Notes: generated by a model from the sequence alone, not told the origin. Positions 29,377 through 40,126 are shown, counted from the stretch's first letter. The stretch is 64,000 bases of DNA from Gammaproteobacteria bacterium (GCA_016209015.1 JACQWY010000011.1:40922-104921); one strand, 5' to 3'. Numbers and translations are program-made.

Positions 29377-30183
29377 ATGCGCGCGAGCGAGGAATTCGCG
29401 CCCGCGCCGGGCTCGGACACGCATTACGCCCTGCTGTACGTACCCGACGCGCTGCGCGTGCGGCTCGCGCTCGTCGAAGCGTTCCGCGCCCGGATCGTCA
29501 GCGTGCCGCTGCTTGCGAGCGATCCGGTCGTGACGATGGCGAAGCTCACGTGGTGGGGCGAAGAGCTCGGCCGCCTCGCCGCGGGCGGCCCGCGTCATGC
29601 GTTGACCCAGGGCCTCGCCCCGCTCGTCTCCGAAGACGCGACGTTGCTGCCTGCGCTCGACGCGCTCGTCGCCGGCATCGCAGGCGGGCTGCACGGGGCC
29701 GGTCATGCGGACGATGCGGAGCGCCACGCGGCGTTCGATGCTGCGCACGGCGCGCTGTGGGAGTACGTCGCGCGCCGCTGCGGCGCGGCGGATGCAAACG
29801 CGGCACGCCACCTCGGCGTGCGGCTCGAAATCGCCTACGCGCTGCGGGATCTGCGCCGCCAGGTCGAAGCGGGCAGCGTGCCCGTGCCGCGTGACCGCCT
29901 CACCGCGGCCGCCGTCGTGACGTTCGCGGGCGGCGCGGACGCGCCGCTCGCGCGTGCCGTCGCCGCCGATCTCGCGGCGTGCCGCGCGGCGATCACGAAT
30001 GCGCTCGCGGCCCTGCCGCGTGCGGATCGCCGCCGGCTGCTGCCGCTCGTCACACTCGCGCGCATCACGCTCGCGCTGCTCGCGGAGATCGAGCGCGACG
30101 GCTGTCAGGTCTGGGATCGCCGCCTCGAGCTCCCGCCGCTGCGCAAGCTCTGGCTCGCCTGGCGGACGCGTTTCATCGGCTGA
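29377..30183 (+). CDS. Squalene/phytoene synthase (HpnD)-fold protein, catalytic motifs degenerate
   Basis: ATG 29377 inside ORF 28798..30183; GSDTHYALLYVP, KLTWWGEEL, LP-LRKLWLAW match HpnD-like scaffolds, but DDxxD is absent. Confidence 0.75.
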   Translation: MRASEEFAPAPGSDTHYALLYVPDALRVRLALVEAFRARIVSVPLLASDPVVTMAKLTWWGEELGRLAAGGPRHALTQGLAPLVSEDATLLPALDALVAGIAGGLHGAGHADDAERHAAFDAAHGALWEYVARRCGAADANAARHLGVRLEIAYALRDLRRQVEAGSVPVPRDRLTAAAVVTFAGGADAPLARAVAADLAACRAAITNALAALPRADRRRLLPLVTLARITLALLAEIERDGCQVWDRRLELPPLRKLWLAWRTRFIG

Positions 30184-30610
30184 GCGGCGCGGGCGGGTGC
30201 AGGAGGCGCACGCGCAGCCGCCTGAAGATTGCGGGATCGGTATTGTCGGTCGCGAGCGCGAGATGCAGGCGTCTGCCCTCTGTCTCGACGACGAGCACGG
30301 TGAGCCAGGCCGTGACGAGGCGCTCCGAAGCGAGCGTCGCGGCGCGCGGACTGGAGGTCCGGGCGAGGATCGCGAGCGTGCCGTCCGCGCGCAGCAACAG
30401 CGCTGCGTAATCGCGATGCAGCTGCCTGCGCTGACGATGAAAGTGCACGAGGCTCGCGAGGATCGCGAGGACGAACGCGAGCTTCATCCAGAGCGTCGTC
30501 ACGCCGAGCGCCGCGAGGGCGACGGCACAGACATGCGCGATCGTCACGTCGCGACCGATCCGGCGCGACGGCGCAAGCGAAATATGCAGCGGGGCAGCCA
30601 GCGGATTCAT
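30173..30610 (-). CDS. YgfX/CptA-family inner-membrane protein
   Basis: ATG 30610; L-PS at the N-terminus, two TM helices, LVTAWLTVL, D-TD-AIFRRLRVRL C-terminus characteristic of YgfX. Confidence 0.75.
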   Translation of the reverse strand: MNPLAAPLHISLAPSRRIGRDVTIAHVCAVALAALGVTTLWMKLAFVLAILASLVHFHRQRRQLHRDYAALLLRADGTLAILARTSSPRAATLASERLVTAWLTVLVVETEGRRLHLALATDNTDPAIFRRLRVRLLHPPAPLSR

Positions 30611-30764
30611 GCGCGTCACCTCGTCCCTGATGTGTGCGCTCTGCTTGAAATTAGGTAGGCGAGACAAGATACTAAGGCCTGTTCGCCGTGCGGCAAAGCA
30701 GTGCCCTGAGGCGCATCGACGGCACCGGCAGCGGTGCGTCAATACCGGAAACCGTCCACGCAGC

Positions 30765-30932
30765 ATGACTGAGCAACGAGAAACTGTTCCCCCGCACGCC
30801 GACGGCACAACGCCGCCAGCCAAGACTGAGCAGCAACCGCTCCGCAAGGTGAAAGAGATCGGCGGGCCGCGTGGCCCGGAGCCGACACGCTACGGAGACT
30901 GGGAACGCAAAGGCCGCTGCATCGACTTCTAG
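30765..30932 (+). CDS. DUF1674 protein (SDH assembly factor 4 / Sdh8 homolog)
   Basis: KEIGGPRGPEPTRYGDWERKGRCIDF signature; ATG 30765; upstream of sdhC. Confidence 0.92.
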   Translation: MTEQRETVPPHADGTTPPAKTEQQPLRKVKEIGGPRGPEPTRYGDWERKGRCIDF

Positions 30933-31139
30933 CGTATAAGACAGAGAGGTCCTGGGAGACCACAGGACCAGGCGGACCGGAACGGGTGTGGGTTCCGGTT
31001 CTGTGCATTTCGGCGTCGTGCGGCTGCCGGAGGCAGGCCGTGTACCGCGATTCCGGAGCCGGGCGACGTTACGTCGGGCTCTGCCGTCACGGGACCAGCA
31101 TTCACTCCGGCCGTTAGTCACGACCAGCTAATGGGATGA

Positions 31140-31541
31140 ATGAATGACATGACTAGCAGACCCTTGTCTCCGCATCTCCAGGTGTACCGTTGGCAGCTCC
31201 CCATGGCGATGTCGATCTTCCATCGCATGACCGGAGTGGCGCTCGCCGTCGGTTCGCTGGTGCTCCTCTACTGGCTCGTCGCCGCCGCGAGCGGCCCCGA
31301 AGCGTATGCGCGGGCGCAGGGCCTGCTCGGTTCTGTCGTTGCGAAGCTGCTGCTGGCCGGCTGGACCTGGGCGTTCTTCTACCACCTCTGCAACGGCGTG
31401 CGGCACCTGTTCTGGGACGCCGGCAAGGGCTTCGAGATCAAGCGGGCCTACGCCTCGGGCTATGCCGTCATCGGCTGCTCGTTCGTGCTCACCGCGCTGG
31501 TCTGGGCCTGCGTCTTTGCGCAGTCGGGAGGTGCCCGATGA
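31140..31541 (+). CDS. sdhC: Succinate dehydrogenase cytochrome b556 subunit
   Basis: RPLSPHLQVYR, SIFHRMTG, YHLCNGVRHLFWD; start may be 31149. Confidence 0.96.
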   Translation: MNDMTSRPLSPHLQVYRWQLPMAMSIFHRMTGVALAVGSLVLLYWLVAAASGPEAYARAQGLLGSVVAKLLLAGWTWAFFYHLCNGVRHLFWDAGKGFEIKRAYASGYAVIGCSFVLTALVWACVFAQSGGAR

Positions 31542-31921
31542 GTCTGCGTTCCCCGCTCGGCCGCGTGCGCGGCCTCGGCTCCGCGAAGTCGGGCCTGAGT
31601 CACTGGCGCTGGCAGCGCATCACCGCGCTCGCACTCATCCCGCTCGGGCTCTGGTTCGTATACATCCTGCTCGAGCTGATGAACGCCGATCATGCGCAGG
31701 TCGTCGCGTTCTTCCGCTCGCCCTGCCCGGCGGCGCTCGCGATCGGCCTCGTGGTCGCGCTGTTCTATCACATGAAGCTCGGCCTGCAGGTCGTCGTGGA
31801 GGACTACGTCCATGGCCACGTCGCGCAGGTCGCGTTGCAGGTCGCGCTCCGGCTCGGCACGGCGCTCGGCGCGCTGCTGGCGCTCGTGTCCATCCTCAAA
31901 CTGTCGTTGGGATCCGCATAA
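31538..31921 (+). CDS. sdhD: Succinate dehydrogenase membrane anchor
   Basis: [42 protein letters not shown]; ATGA overlap with sdhC. Confidence 0.96.
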   Translation: MSLRSPLGRVRGLGSAKSGLSHWRWQRITALALIPLGLWFVYILLELMNADHAQVVAFFRSPCPAALAIGLVVALFYHMKLGLQVVVEDYVHGHVAQVALQVALRLGTALGALLALVSILKLSLGSA

Positions 31922-31922
31922 C

Positions 31923-33713
31923 ATGTCGCAAAGCTACAAGCTCATCGAACACAAATATGACGTCGTGGTCGTCGGTGCCGGCGGGGCTGGCCTGCGCGCG
32001 ACGTTCGGCATGGCGGCGGAAGGTCTCGCGACGGCGTGCATCACGAAAGTCTTCCCGACGCGCAGCCACACGGTCGCCGCACAGGGCGGCATGAGCGCCG
32101 CGCTCGGCAACATGGGCCCGGACGACTGGCGCTGGCACATGTACGACACCATCAAGGGCTCGGACTGGCTCGGCGATCAGGACGCGATCGAATACATGTG
32201 CCGCGAGGCCATGCCGGCAGTGATCGAGCTCGAGCATTACGGTGTGCCGTTCTCGCGCACCGAGGACGGCCGCATCTACCAGCGTCCGTTCGGCGGTATG
32301 ACGACGAACTTCGGCGAAGGCACGGCCCAGCGCACCTGCGCCGCGGCCGACCGCACCGGTCACGCGATCCTGCACACGCTCTACCAGCAGTCGCTGAAGC
32401 ACAAAGCCGTGTTCATGATCGAATACTTCGCGCTCGATCTCGTGATGGATCACGATGGCGTGTGCCGCGGCGTGCTGGCGTGGAAGCTCGATGACGGCAC
32501 GCTCCACCTGTTCCGCGCACACTCCGTCGTGCTCGCGACCGGCGGCTACGGCCGCGCCTACTTCTCGTGCACCTCGGCGCATACCTGCACGGGCGACGGC
32601 AACGCGATGGTGCTGCGCGCCGGCCTGCCGCTGCAGGACATGGAGTTCATCCAGTTCCACCCGACCGGCATCTACGGCGCCGGCTGCCTCATCACCGAAG
32701 GCGTACGCGGCGAGGGTGGCTATCTCACGAACAGCGCGGGCGAACGCTTCATGGAGCGCTACGCGCCGAACGCGAAGGATCTCGCCTCGCGTGACGTCGT
32801 GTCGCGCTCGATGACGGTCGAAATCCGCGAAGGCCGCGGCGTGGGCCCGCACAAGGATCATATCCACCTCCATCTCGAGCACCTCGGCCCCGAGGTCATC
32901 GAGGAACGACTGCCGGGTATCGCAGAGTCGGCGATGATCTTCGCCGGGGTCGACGTTTCGAAAGAGCCGATTCCGGTACTGCCGACCGTGCACTACAACA
33001 TGGGAGGCATCCCGACGAACTATCACGGGCAGGTGGTGACGAAGCGCGACGGCAATCCGGATACCGAAGTGCCGGGCCTCATGGCGATCGGCGAAGCGGC
33101 CTGCGTGTCCGTGCACGGCGCGAACCGGCTCGGCTCGAACTCGCTTCTCGACATCGTCGTGTTCGGCCGCGCCGCAGCGCGGCGCTGCGGGAAGGATATC
33201 AAGCCCGGCAGCTCGCATCCGAATCTGCCGCAGGAGGCCGTCGATCGCATCCTCGATCGCTTCGATCGCCTGCGCCACGCGAACGGCAGCGAGCCGACCG
33301 CGAAAATCCGCATGGCCATGCAACGGACCATGCAGAACCATGCGGCGGTGTTCCGCACCGGTGAAGTGCTGCAGGAAGGCATTACGATGCTGAAAGACGT
33401 GTGGGCGTCCTTCGAGAAGGTCAAAGTCTCGGACCGTTCGCTCATCTGGAACACCGATCTCGTCGAGACGCTGGAGCTCGAGAACCTGCTCGGCAATGCG
33501 ATGGTGAGCATCACGGGCGCCGAGAACCGCAAGGAGAGCCGCGGCGCCCATGCCCGCGAGGACTATCCCGATCGCGATGACGTGAACTGGCACAAGCACA
33601 CGCTCGCGTGGGCCGATGCGGCCGGCAACGTCAAATTCGATTATCGTCCGGTGCACATGTACACCCTGACGAGCGACGTGGACGTCGTGCCGCTGAAGAA
33701 GCGCACGTACTGA
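31923..33713 (+). CDS. sdhA: Succinate dehydrogenase flavoprotein
   Basis: [57 protein letters not shown]; ATG 31923. Confidence 0.98.
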   Translation: MSQSYKLIEHKYDVVVVGAGGAGLRATFGMAAEGLATACITKVFPTRSHTVAAQGGMSAALGNMGPDDWRWHMYDTIKGSDWLGDQDAIEYMCREAMPAVIELEHYGVPFSRTEDGRIYQRPFGGMTTNFGEGTAQRTCAAADRTGHAILHTLYQQSLKHKAVFMIEYFALDLVMDHDGVCRGVLAWKLDDGTLHLFRAHSVVLATGGYGRAYFSCTSAHTCTGDGNAMVLRAGLPLQDMEFIQFHPTGIYGAGCLITEGVRGEGGYLTNSAGERFMERYAPNAKDLASRDVVSRSMTVEIREGRGVGPHKDHIHLHLEHLGPEVIEERLPGIAESAMIFAGVDVSKEPIPVLPTVHYNMGGIPTNYHGQVVTKRDGNPDTEVPGLMAIGEAACVSVHGANRLGSNSLLDIVVFGRAAARRCGKDIKPGSSHPNLPQEAVDRILDRFDRLRHANGSEPTAKIRMAMQRTMQNHAAVFRTGEVLQEGITMLKDVWASFEKVKVSDRSLIWNTDLVETLELENLLGNAMVSITGAENRKESRGAHAREDYPDRDDVNWHKHTLAWADAAGNVKFDYRPVHMYTLTSDVDVVPLKKRTY

Positions 33714-33741
33714 TCGACCGCGGCCAGAAGAGGTAACGACA

Positions 33742-34524
33742 GTGGCGGAATTCAGCCTTCCCAAGAACTCCCAGGTCCAAGCCGGCAAGACCTTCCCCGC
33801 GCCGGCAGGCGCGAAACGGGTCAAGAAGTTCCAGCTCTACCGCTGGGATCCGGATACCGACGCGAACCCGCGCGTGGACACCTACGAGATCGATCTCGAC
33901 AAGTGCGGACCGATGGTGCTCGACGCCATCATCTACATCAAGAACGAGATCGATCCGACGATTGCCTTCCGCCGCTCCTGCCGCGAAGGCGTGTGCGGCT
34001 CCTGCGCGATGAACATCGACGGCACGAACACGCTGGCCTGCACCAAGGCCACTTCGGCGATCGCCGGCGACGTGAAGATCTATCCGCTGCCGCACATGGC
34101 GGTGCAGAAGGATCTCGTCCCGGATATGACCCATTTCTTCGCGCAGTATGCTTCCATCGAGCCGTGGCTGCAGACCGAATCCGCGCCGCCGCCGGACAAG
34201 GAGCGCCTGCAGTCGAAAGAGGAGCGCGACAAGCTCGACGGCCTCTACGAGTGCATCCTCTGCGCGTGCTGCTCGACGAGCTGCCCGAGCTACTGGTGGA
34301 ACAGCGATCGCTATCTCGGCCCGGCGATCCTGCTGCAGGCACGGCGCTGGCTCGCGGACAGCCGCGACGAGGCGACGGGCGAACGTCTCGACGCACTCGA
34401 GGATCCGTTCCGGCTCTATCGCTGCCACACGATCATGAACTGCACGAACACCTGCCCGAAGGGTCTGAATCCCGCGCAGGCGATCGCCGAGATCAAGAAG
34501 ATGCTGCTGGAGCGCAGCCTCTGA
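33742..34524 (+). CDS. sdhB: Succinate dehydrogenase iron-sulfur subunit
   Basis: [33 protein letters not shown]. Confidence 0.98.
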   Translation: MAEFSLPKNSQVQAGKTFPAPAGAKRVKKFQLYRWDPDTDANPRVDTYEIDLDKCGPMVLDAIIYIKNEIDPTIAFRRSCREGVCGSCAMNIDGTNTLACTKATSAIAGDVKIYPLPHMAVQKDLVPDMTHFFAQYASIEPWLQTESAPPPDKERLQSKEERDKLDGLYECILCACCSTSCPSYWWNSDRYLGPAILLQARRWLADSRDEATGERLDALEDPFRLYRCHTIMNCTNTCPKGLNPAQAIAEIKKMLLERSL

Positions 34525-34537
34525 GCACGGCACGGGG

Positions 34538-34804
34538 GTGGCGGTGGCTGTCGATCCGGATCTGAACCGCACGCTCTGGCGCTGCCGGCGCGGCATGCGG
34601 GAGCTGGACATGCTCCTGCATCGCTACGCCGAGAAGTACTATCCCGCGATGGACGCCGCCGACCGCGCGACATTCGAGCGCTTCCTCGAAGCGCAGGACG
34701 CGGACATCTACGCCTGGTTCATCGGGCGCGAAGCTCCGCCCGATGCGCCGCTCGCCGCGCTCGTCGGACGCATCGTCGCCTCACGTCCCGAGCTCGCCGA
34801 CTGA
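34538..34804 (+). CDS. sdhE: FAD assembly factor SdhE (SDHAF2/Sdh5/YgfY)
   Basis: WRCRRGMRELDMLL (RGxxE motif), D-DIYAWF. Confidence 0.95.
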   Translation: MAVAVDPDLNRTLWRCRRGMRELDMLLHRYAEKYYPAMDAADRATFERFLEAQDADIYAWFIGREAPPDAPLAALVGRIVASRPELAD

Positions 34805-34823
34805 CGCGCCCGAGGAGGCCGCC

Positions 34824-35807
34824 ATGAGTACGCCGCAGCCTTCCGCCGTTTCCCTGCCTGCGTGGGAGCCCGCCGTCGCGCTCGACGCGCCGGCCTCGGC
34901 GCGGCTCGCCGCCGGAACGTTCAAGGCCGCCTTGCCCACGCTCGCGGTGGTACGCGTGACCGGCACCGACGCGCGGACTTTCCTGCACGGCCAGTTCGCC
35001 GCGGACGTGAAGGGACTCGCCGCCGGCCAGAGCGTACTCTCCGCCTGGTGCAGCGCGCAGGGCCGCGTGCTGTTCCTGCCGCGGATCTGCGCCCTCGATG
35101 ATCACTTCGATATCCTCGTGTCGCGCGTGCAGACCGCGAAGTTCGTGCAGCGGCTGCGCATGTTCGTGCTGCGCGCCCAGGTCGCGATCACCGAAACCGC
35201 CGACTGCGTGTTCGGATTCGCGGCCGCGGACGAGGCAGGCCTGCCCGCGCCCGGGGCGCTCGCGGCGACGGCGGACACGATCGTGCTCAGAAGCGCCGCG
35301 ACACGGCCGCGCTGTCTCGTGTACGGCACGGCAGACGCGATTGCGCGCGCCTGGGACGCCCGTCCCGAGCCGGCCGCGCAGACCGCGGCCTGGACGCTGC
35401 TCGACATCGACGACGGCATCCCGGACTTCGATCCGGCGCTTGCCGATCAACTGCTGCCGCAGAACCTGAATCTCGACGCCGGTCCCGGCATCAGCTTCAC
35501 GAAGGGCTGCTATCCGGGCCAGGAAGTCATCGCTCGCCTGAAATATCGCGGCCAGGTGAAGAGCAGGCTCATGCGCGGCACGCTCGGCCCGGGTCCGGAT
35601 GTACCGCCCGGCACGAAGCTCTACGCGCCGGACGACGCGTCGGGCAAGACGCTCGGCACGGTGATCGCGACCGCCCCCGATGCCGCGGGTGGCCGCGCCG
35701 TGCTCGCGGTCGTCGACATCGAACGCGGCGGTGCTGCGCCCGTCGCGCTCGGCGCGCCGGGCGGCGAGCGATTGCGCTTCGCGCCCGCGCCGGGCTGGCC
35801 GGCCTGA
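34824..35807 (+). CDS. ygfZ: Folate-binding Fe-S cluster maturation protein YgfZ
   Basis: G-DARTFLHGQF, LPQNLNL, FTKGCYPGQEVIAR signature; ATG 34824 after GAGGAG. Confidence 0.94.
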   Translation: MSTPQPSAVSLPAWEPAVALDAPASARLAAGTFKAALPTLAVVRVTGTDARTFLHGQFAADVKGLAAGQSVLSAWCSAQGRVLFLPRICALDDHFDILVSRVQTAKFVQRLRMFVLRAQVAITETADCVFGFAAADEAGLPAPGALAATADTIVLRSAATRPRCLVYGTADAIARAWDARPEPAAQTAAWTLLDIDDGIPDFDPALADQLLPQNLNLDAGPGISFTKGCYPGQEVIARLKYRGQVKSRLMRGTLGPGPDVPPGTKLYAPDDASGKTLGTVIATAPDAAGGRAVLAVVDIERGGAAPVALGAPGGERLRFAPAPGWPA

Positions 35808-36796
35808 CGCGAACGCAGTCACCCCCCTTCCGGCCGGCCTGGTGGCTGCAGGGACCGCATCTCCAGACCCTGTGGCCCGCGCTCGCGCGCCGGCAGCGCC
35901 TCGTCGGCCCGCGCTTCGAGACGTTCGAGCTCCCGGACGGCGACTTCCTCGATCTGTGCTGGTACGGCCCCGAGACAGGGCCGCTCGTCGTCGTCCTGCA
36001 CGGTCTCGAGGGGAGCTGGCGTTCGCCGTATGCCATGGGGCTGCTCGCCAGCCTCGCGGCCCGCGGTTGCGGCGCGGTCGTCGCGCAGTTCCGCGGCTGC
36101 AGCGGGCGACCGAACCGGCTCGCGCGCAGTTATCACTCCGGCGACACCGGCGATCTGCGGGCCGTGCTCGCGGCGCTCGTGCAGCGCCATCCCGGCCGCA
36201 TGCTCGGCGCGGCCGGCTTCTCGCTCGGCGGCAACGTGCTGCTCAAGTATCTCGGCGAATGCGGCGAGGCCACCCCGCTCGCGGCCGCCGTCGCGGTCTC
36301 CGTGCCCTTCGAGCTCGCACGCGGCGCGGCACGCCTGAACAGCGGCTTCTCGCGCCTCTATCAATGGCATCTCGTGGCGAGCCTGCGGGCGAAAGCCCGT
36401 GCGAAATTCGCGACGCGCGAGGGCTGTCCGGTGCCGCTCGCGGCGCTCGACGGTCTGCGCGACTTCTGGACGTTCGACGACCGGGTCACCGCCCCGCTCC
36501 ACGGCTTCCGCGACGTGCATGACTACTACGCGCGGTCGAGCTGCCGCCAGTTCCTGCCGCGCATCCGCGTGCCGACGCTCGTCGTTCACGCCGTCGACGA
36601 TCCCTTCCTGTCCAGCGCTGCGATCCCGACCGCGGCCGAGCTGCCGCCGGCCGTCACGCTCGAGCTCCATCCGCACGGCGGGCACGTCGGCTTCGTCGCC
36701 GGTCGCTGGCCGTGGCGGGCGGAATACTGGCTCGAGCAGCGCATCGCCGGCGAGCTCGTCGAACGTCTGCGTGTCACGTCCGACGAGGTAGAATGA
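35804..36796 (+). CDS. YheT-like alpha/beta hydrolase (start codon uncertain)
   Basis: In-frame upstream of ATG 36035: FRPAWWLQGPHLQTLWP, ELPDGDFLDL, VLHGLEGS; then GFSLGGN nucleophile, DDPF, GGHVGF; no in-frame ATG/GTG/TTG before the conserved N-terminus, CTG at 35804. Confidence 0.88.
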   Translation: MTRTQSPPFRPAWWLQGPHLQTLWPALARRQRLVGPRFETFELPDGDFLDLCWYGPETGPLVVVLHGLEGSWRSPYAMGLLASLAARGCGAVVAQFRGCSGRPNRLARSYHSGDTGDLRAVLAALVQRHPGRMLGAAGFSLGGNVLLKYLGECGEATPLAAAVAVSVPFELARGAARLNSGFSRLYQWHLVASLRAKARAKFATREGCPVPLAALDGLRDFWTFDDRVTAPLHGFRDVHDYYARSSCRQFLPRIRVPTLVVHAVDDPFLSSAAIPTAAELPPAVTLELHPHGGHVGFVAGRWPWRAEYWLEQRIAGELVERLRVTSDEVE

Positions 36797-36821
36797 GACT
36801 CCTCAACGGAGTTCTCCCGGC

Positions 36822-37334
36822 ATGCTCTCCAGAATCCTCGGTACCCGCTGGATCTACGCCGCCATCGCGTTCGGCTGCATCACCCTGCTCGCCATGGGCT
36901 ATTACATCCAGTTCGTCGAGCACATCGAGCCCTGCCCGATGTGCATCTTCCAGCGGCTCTGCTATTTCGCGGTGATCGCGGTCGGGCTCGTCGCGACGCT
37001 GCACGGTCCGCGTGGCGGCTGGCATGGCCTCTACTGCGGTCTCCTGTTCCTCGCCGCGGCGACCGGCGCCGGCATCGCCGGCCGTCAGACCTGGCTCCAG
37101 CACCTGCCGGCCGACAAGGTGCCGGAATGCGGACCGGGCCTGAACTTCATGCTCGAAATGTATCCGCTAGCCGAAGTGATCAAGAAGGCGCTGAAGGGCA
37201 CGGGCGATTGCGCGAAAGTCGACTGGACGCTGCTCGGCTTCTCGATCGCGGAATGGTCGCTGCTCTGCTTCAGCATGATCCTCGTCGTCGCGGGGCTGCA
37301 GCTTCGCGCCGCTTTGCGAGGCGATCGTGGCTGA
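36822..37334 (+). CDS. dsbB: Disulfide bond formation protein DsbB
   Basis: PCPMCIFQR, AGRQTWLQHLP, CGPGL, GTGDCAKVDWTLLG-S-AEW. Confidence 0.94.
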   Translation: MLSRILGTRWIYAAIAFGCITLLAMGYYIQFVEHIEPCPMCIFQRLCYFAVIAVGLVATLHGPRGGWHGLYCGLLFLAAATGAGIAGRQTWLQHLPADKVPECGPGLNFMLEMYPLAEVIKKALKGTGDCAKVDWTLLGFSIAEWSLLCFSMILVVAGLQLRAALRGDRG

Positions 37335-37836
37335 GCGGCTCGCGCTCGTACTCGCCACGCTCCTCGTGCTGCTCAGACCCGCATTCGCCGCGGGCGGCGG
37401 CGAGTTCTCCTACATGACGTTGAACGGTGTGAAAGCGGCCGCGGTCGCGATCCAGGGCATCGAACCGGGCTTCGCCCGTTACGGCCTCACGCTGCCGCCG
37501 CTGCAGGCCGCGGTCGAGAGCCAGCTCCGTCAGAGCGGGATCGAGATCGTGTCCTACGAGGACGCGGTGCGCCGGCCGGACGCCGCTCTCGTGCAGGTGA
37601 AGTTCCGCACGAACCAGAGCGAATACCAGTTCTACTTCTACAACCTCGCGCTCGAAGTCCGCGAGAAGATCCCGCTCGGCAACGCCGCCGGCGGCTTCGT
37701 GTCCGTGCTCATCTGGTCGGACGCGCAACAGGGCAGCGTGCAGCCGACCGACCTGCCACGGATCACGAAAGTCGTCGACGACGTCGTCGCCGTGTTCGTG
37801 CGCGAGTACCAGGCCCAGAACGCCGTCAAACGCTGA
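37327..37836 (+). CDS. Hypothetical exported protein
   Basis: GTG start overlapping the dsbB end; signal peptide ending PAFA; normal-composition 169-aa ORF. Confidence 0.7.
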   Translation: MAERLALVLATLLVLLRPAFAAGGGEFSYMTLNGVKAAAVAIQGIEPGFARYGLTLPPLQAAVESQLRQSGIEIVSYEDAVRRPDAALVQVKFRTNQSEYQFYFYNLALEVREKIPLGNAAGGFVSVLIWSDAQQGSVQPTDLPRITKVVDDVVAVFVREYQAQNAVKR

Positions 37837-40126
37837 CCGCGCCCGGCTCGCGAGCCGTCTGCGCAATTTGCGCGTCGACGACCGCGAGCGCGCTCATGTT
37901 GATCACGCGCCGCACGGATGCCGACGGCGTCAGCACGTGCGCAGTCTGCCGGAGCCCCATGAGTATCGGCCCGACCACGACGCCGTCGCCGAGCACCGTC
38001 AGCAGATGCATGGCGATGTTCGCCGCGTCGAGGCCGGGCATGACGAGCACGTTCGCCGCGCCGCTGAGCGTCGAATCCGGCAGCGCCGCCTCGCGCAGCG
38101 CCGGCAGCAGCGCGGCGTCGGCCTGCATCTCGCCGTCGACCTCGAGCCCGGGCCGGCGCGCGCGGATGAGGGCGAGCGCCTCGCGCATGCGCAGCGCCGA
38201 ATCCTCGTTGCTCGTGCCGAAGTTCGAATGCGACAGGAGCGCGAGCCGCGGCGTTAGCCCGAAGCGTTGCACGCGATCCGCCGTGTGAATCGCGGTATCG
38301 GCAATTTGCGCGGCACTCGGGTTCGCGTGGACCTGTGTGTCGCACATGAAATACGTGCCCTTCTTCATCACGAGCACGCTGTAGGTCGCGGGTGCGAGGT
38401 GTCCGGTGTCGACACCGAGCACTTCCGTCAGGTGCCGCAGATGATCGTGATAAGCCCCGCTCACGCCGCACAGCATCGCGTCCGCCTCGCCCTTCTGCAG
38501 CAGCAGCGCGGCGATGACGGTCGCGTTCGTGCGCAGCATCGTGCGCGCCTGCTGGAGCGTGACGCCGCGCCGGGACATCAGCGCGTGATAGGACGCCGAA
38601 TACTCCCGGAAGCGGTGGTCGCTCTCCGGATTGACGACCGTGAAGTCCTCGTCCGGCGTGAGCCGGAGCCCGAGCTGCGCGATGCGCTGGGCGATGACGG
38701 CCGGCCGGCCGACGAGGATCGGCCGCGCGAGGCGATCGTCGACGACCGACTGCACTGCGCGCAGCACGACCGGCTCCTCGCCGTCGGCGTAGACGAGCCG
38801 TTTGCGGTCCGTGCGCGCGCGGTCGAAGATCGGCCGCATCAGCAGCATCGACTGGAAGACGAATCTCGTGAGTTGTTCGCGATAAGCATCGAGATCGGCG
38901 ATCGGCCGCGTCGCGACGCCGCTCTCCATCGCGGCCTTCGCGATCGCCGGCGCGAGCGTCGTGATGAGGCGAGGATCGAAGGGCTTAGGAATGATGTACT
39001 CGCGCCCGAACGACAGACTCTCGCCGCCGTAGGCCGCGAGCACGACGTCCGAGGCTTCCTGCATCGTGAGCTCGGCGAGCGCGCGCACGCAGGCGGCCTT
39101 CATTTGCTGCGTGATCGTCGTCGCGCCGGCGTCGAGCGCGCCGCGGAACATGTACGGGAAGCACAGCACGTTGTTCACCTGGTTCGGATAGTCCGAACGT
39201 CCCGTCGCGACGATCGCGTCCGGGCGCGCGGCGAGCGCCTCCTCGGGCAGGATTTCCGGCGTCGGATTCGCGAGCGCGAGGATGATGGGCTGCGCCGCCA
39301 TCGTCGCGACCATCGCCCCGGTGAGCACGCCGGGGCCCGACAGCCCGAGGAAGACGTCCGCGCCGACGATCGCCTCGGCGAGCGTGCGCGCCGTGGTGTC
39401 CTGGGCGTAGACCGCCTTGTGCTCCTCCATGTGATGTGGCCGGCCGCGGTAGATGACGCCCGCGCGATCGACGGCCGTGACGTTGCCGCGCGTGAGGCCG
39501 AGCGTCTCGAGGAGACTGAGGCACGCGAGTGCCGCGGCGCCCGCGCCGGAGACCACGAGGCGCACTTCGTCCATGCGTTTGCCGACGAGCTTCAGCGCGT
39601 TCAGGATCGCCGCCGAGGCGATAATCGCCGTGCCGTGCTGATCGTCGTGGAAGACCGGGATGCCGCAGCGCTCGCGGAGCTTCTCCTCGACGTAGAAGCA
39701 CTCCGGGGCCTTGATGTCCTCGAGGTTGATGCCCCCGAACGTCGGCGCGAGGCTCGCGATGATTTCGACGAGCTTGTCCGGGTCCTTCTCGGCGATCTCG
39801 ATGTCGAACACGTCGATGCCCGAGAATTTCTTGAAGAGCACCGCCTTGCCTTCCATCACCGGCTTGCCGGCGAGCGGACCGATGTCGCCGAGACCGAGCA
39901 CCGCCGTGCCGTTCGTGATCACGGCGACGAGGTTCGCGCGGTTCGTGTAGTCCGCGACCTTCAGCGGATCGGCGGCGATCTCCTCGCAGGGCGCGGCGAC
40001 GCCGGGCGAATAGGCGAGCGCGAGATCGCGCTGCGTCGCGAGCGGCTTCGTGGCGGCGATTTCGACTTTGCCGGGCCGCGGTACGCGGTGGTATTCGAGT
40101 GCGTGTTTGACGAGTTGTTCGTCCAT
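37826..40126 (-). CDS. maeB: NADP-dependent malic enzyme with phosphotransacetylase-like domain
   Basis: [52 protein letters not shown]-terminal PTA-like region. Confidence 0.97.
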   Translation of the reverse strand: MDEQLVKHALEYHRVPRPGKVEIAATKPLATQRDLALAYSPGVAAPCEEIAADPLKVADYTNRANLVAVITNGTAVLGLGDIGPLAGKPVMEGKAVLFKKFSGIDVFDIEIAEKDPDKLVEIIASLAPTFGGINLEDIKAPECFYVEEKLRERCGIPVFHDDQHGTAIIASAAILNALKLVGKRMDEVRLVVSGAGAAALACLSLLETLGLTRGNVTAVDRAGVIYRGRPHHMEEHKAVYAQDTTARTLAEAIVGADVFLGLSGPGVLTGAMVATMAAQPIILALANPTPEILPEEALAARPDAIVATGRSDYPNQVNNVLCFPYMFRGALDAGATTITQQMKAACVRALAELTMQEASDVVLAAYGGESLSFGREYIIPKPFDPRLITTLAPAIAKAAMESGVATRPIADLDAYREQLTRFVFQSMLLMRPIFDRARTDRKRLVYADGEEPVVLRAVQSVVDDRLARPILVGRPAVIAQRIAQLGLRLTPDEDFTVVNPESDHRFREYSASYHALMSRRGVTLQQARTMLRTNATVIAALLLQKGEADAMLCGVSGAYHDHLRHLTEVLGVDTGHLAPATYSVLVMKKGTYFMCDTQVHANPSAAQIADTAIHTADRVQRFGLTPRLALLSHSNFGTSNEDSALRMREALALIRARRPGLEVDGEMQADAALLPALREAALPDSTLSGAANVLVMPGLDAANIAMHLLTVLGDGVVVGPILMGLRQTAHVLTPSASVRRVINMSALAVVDAQIAQTAREPGAVSV

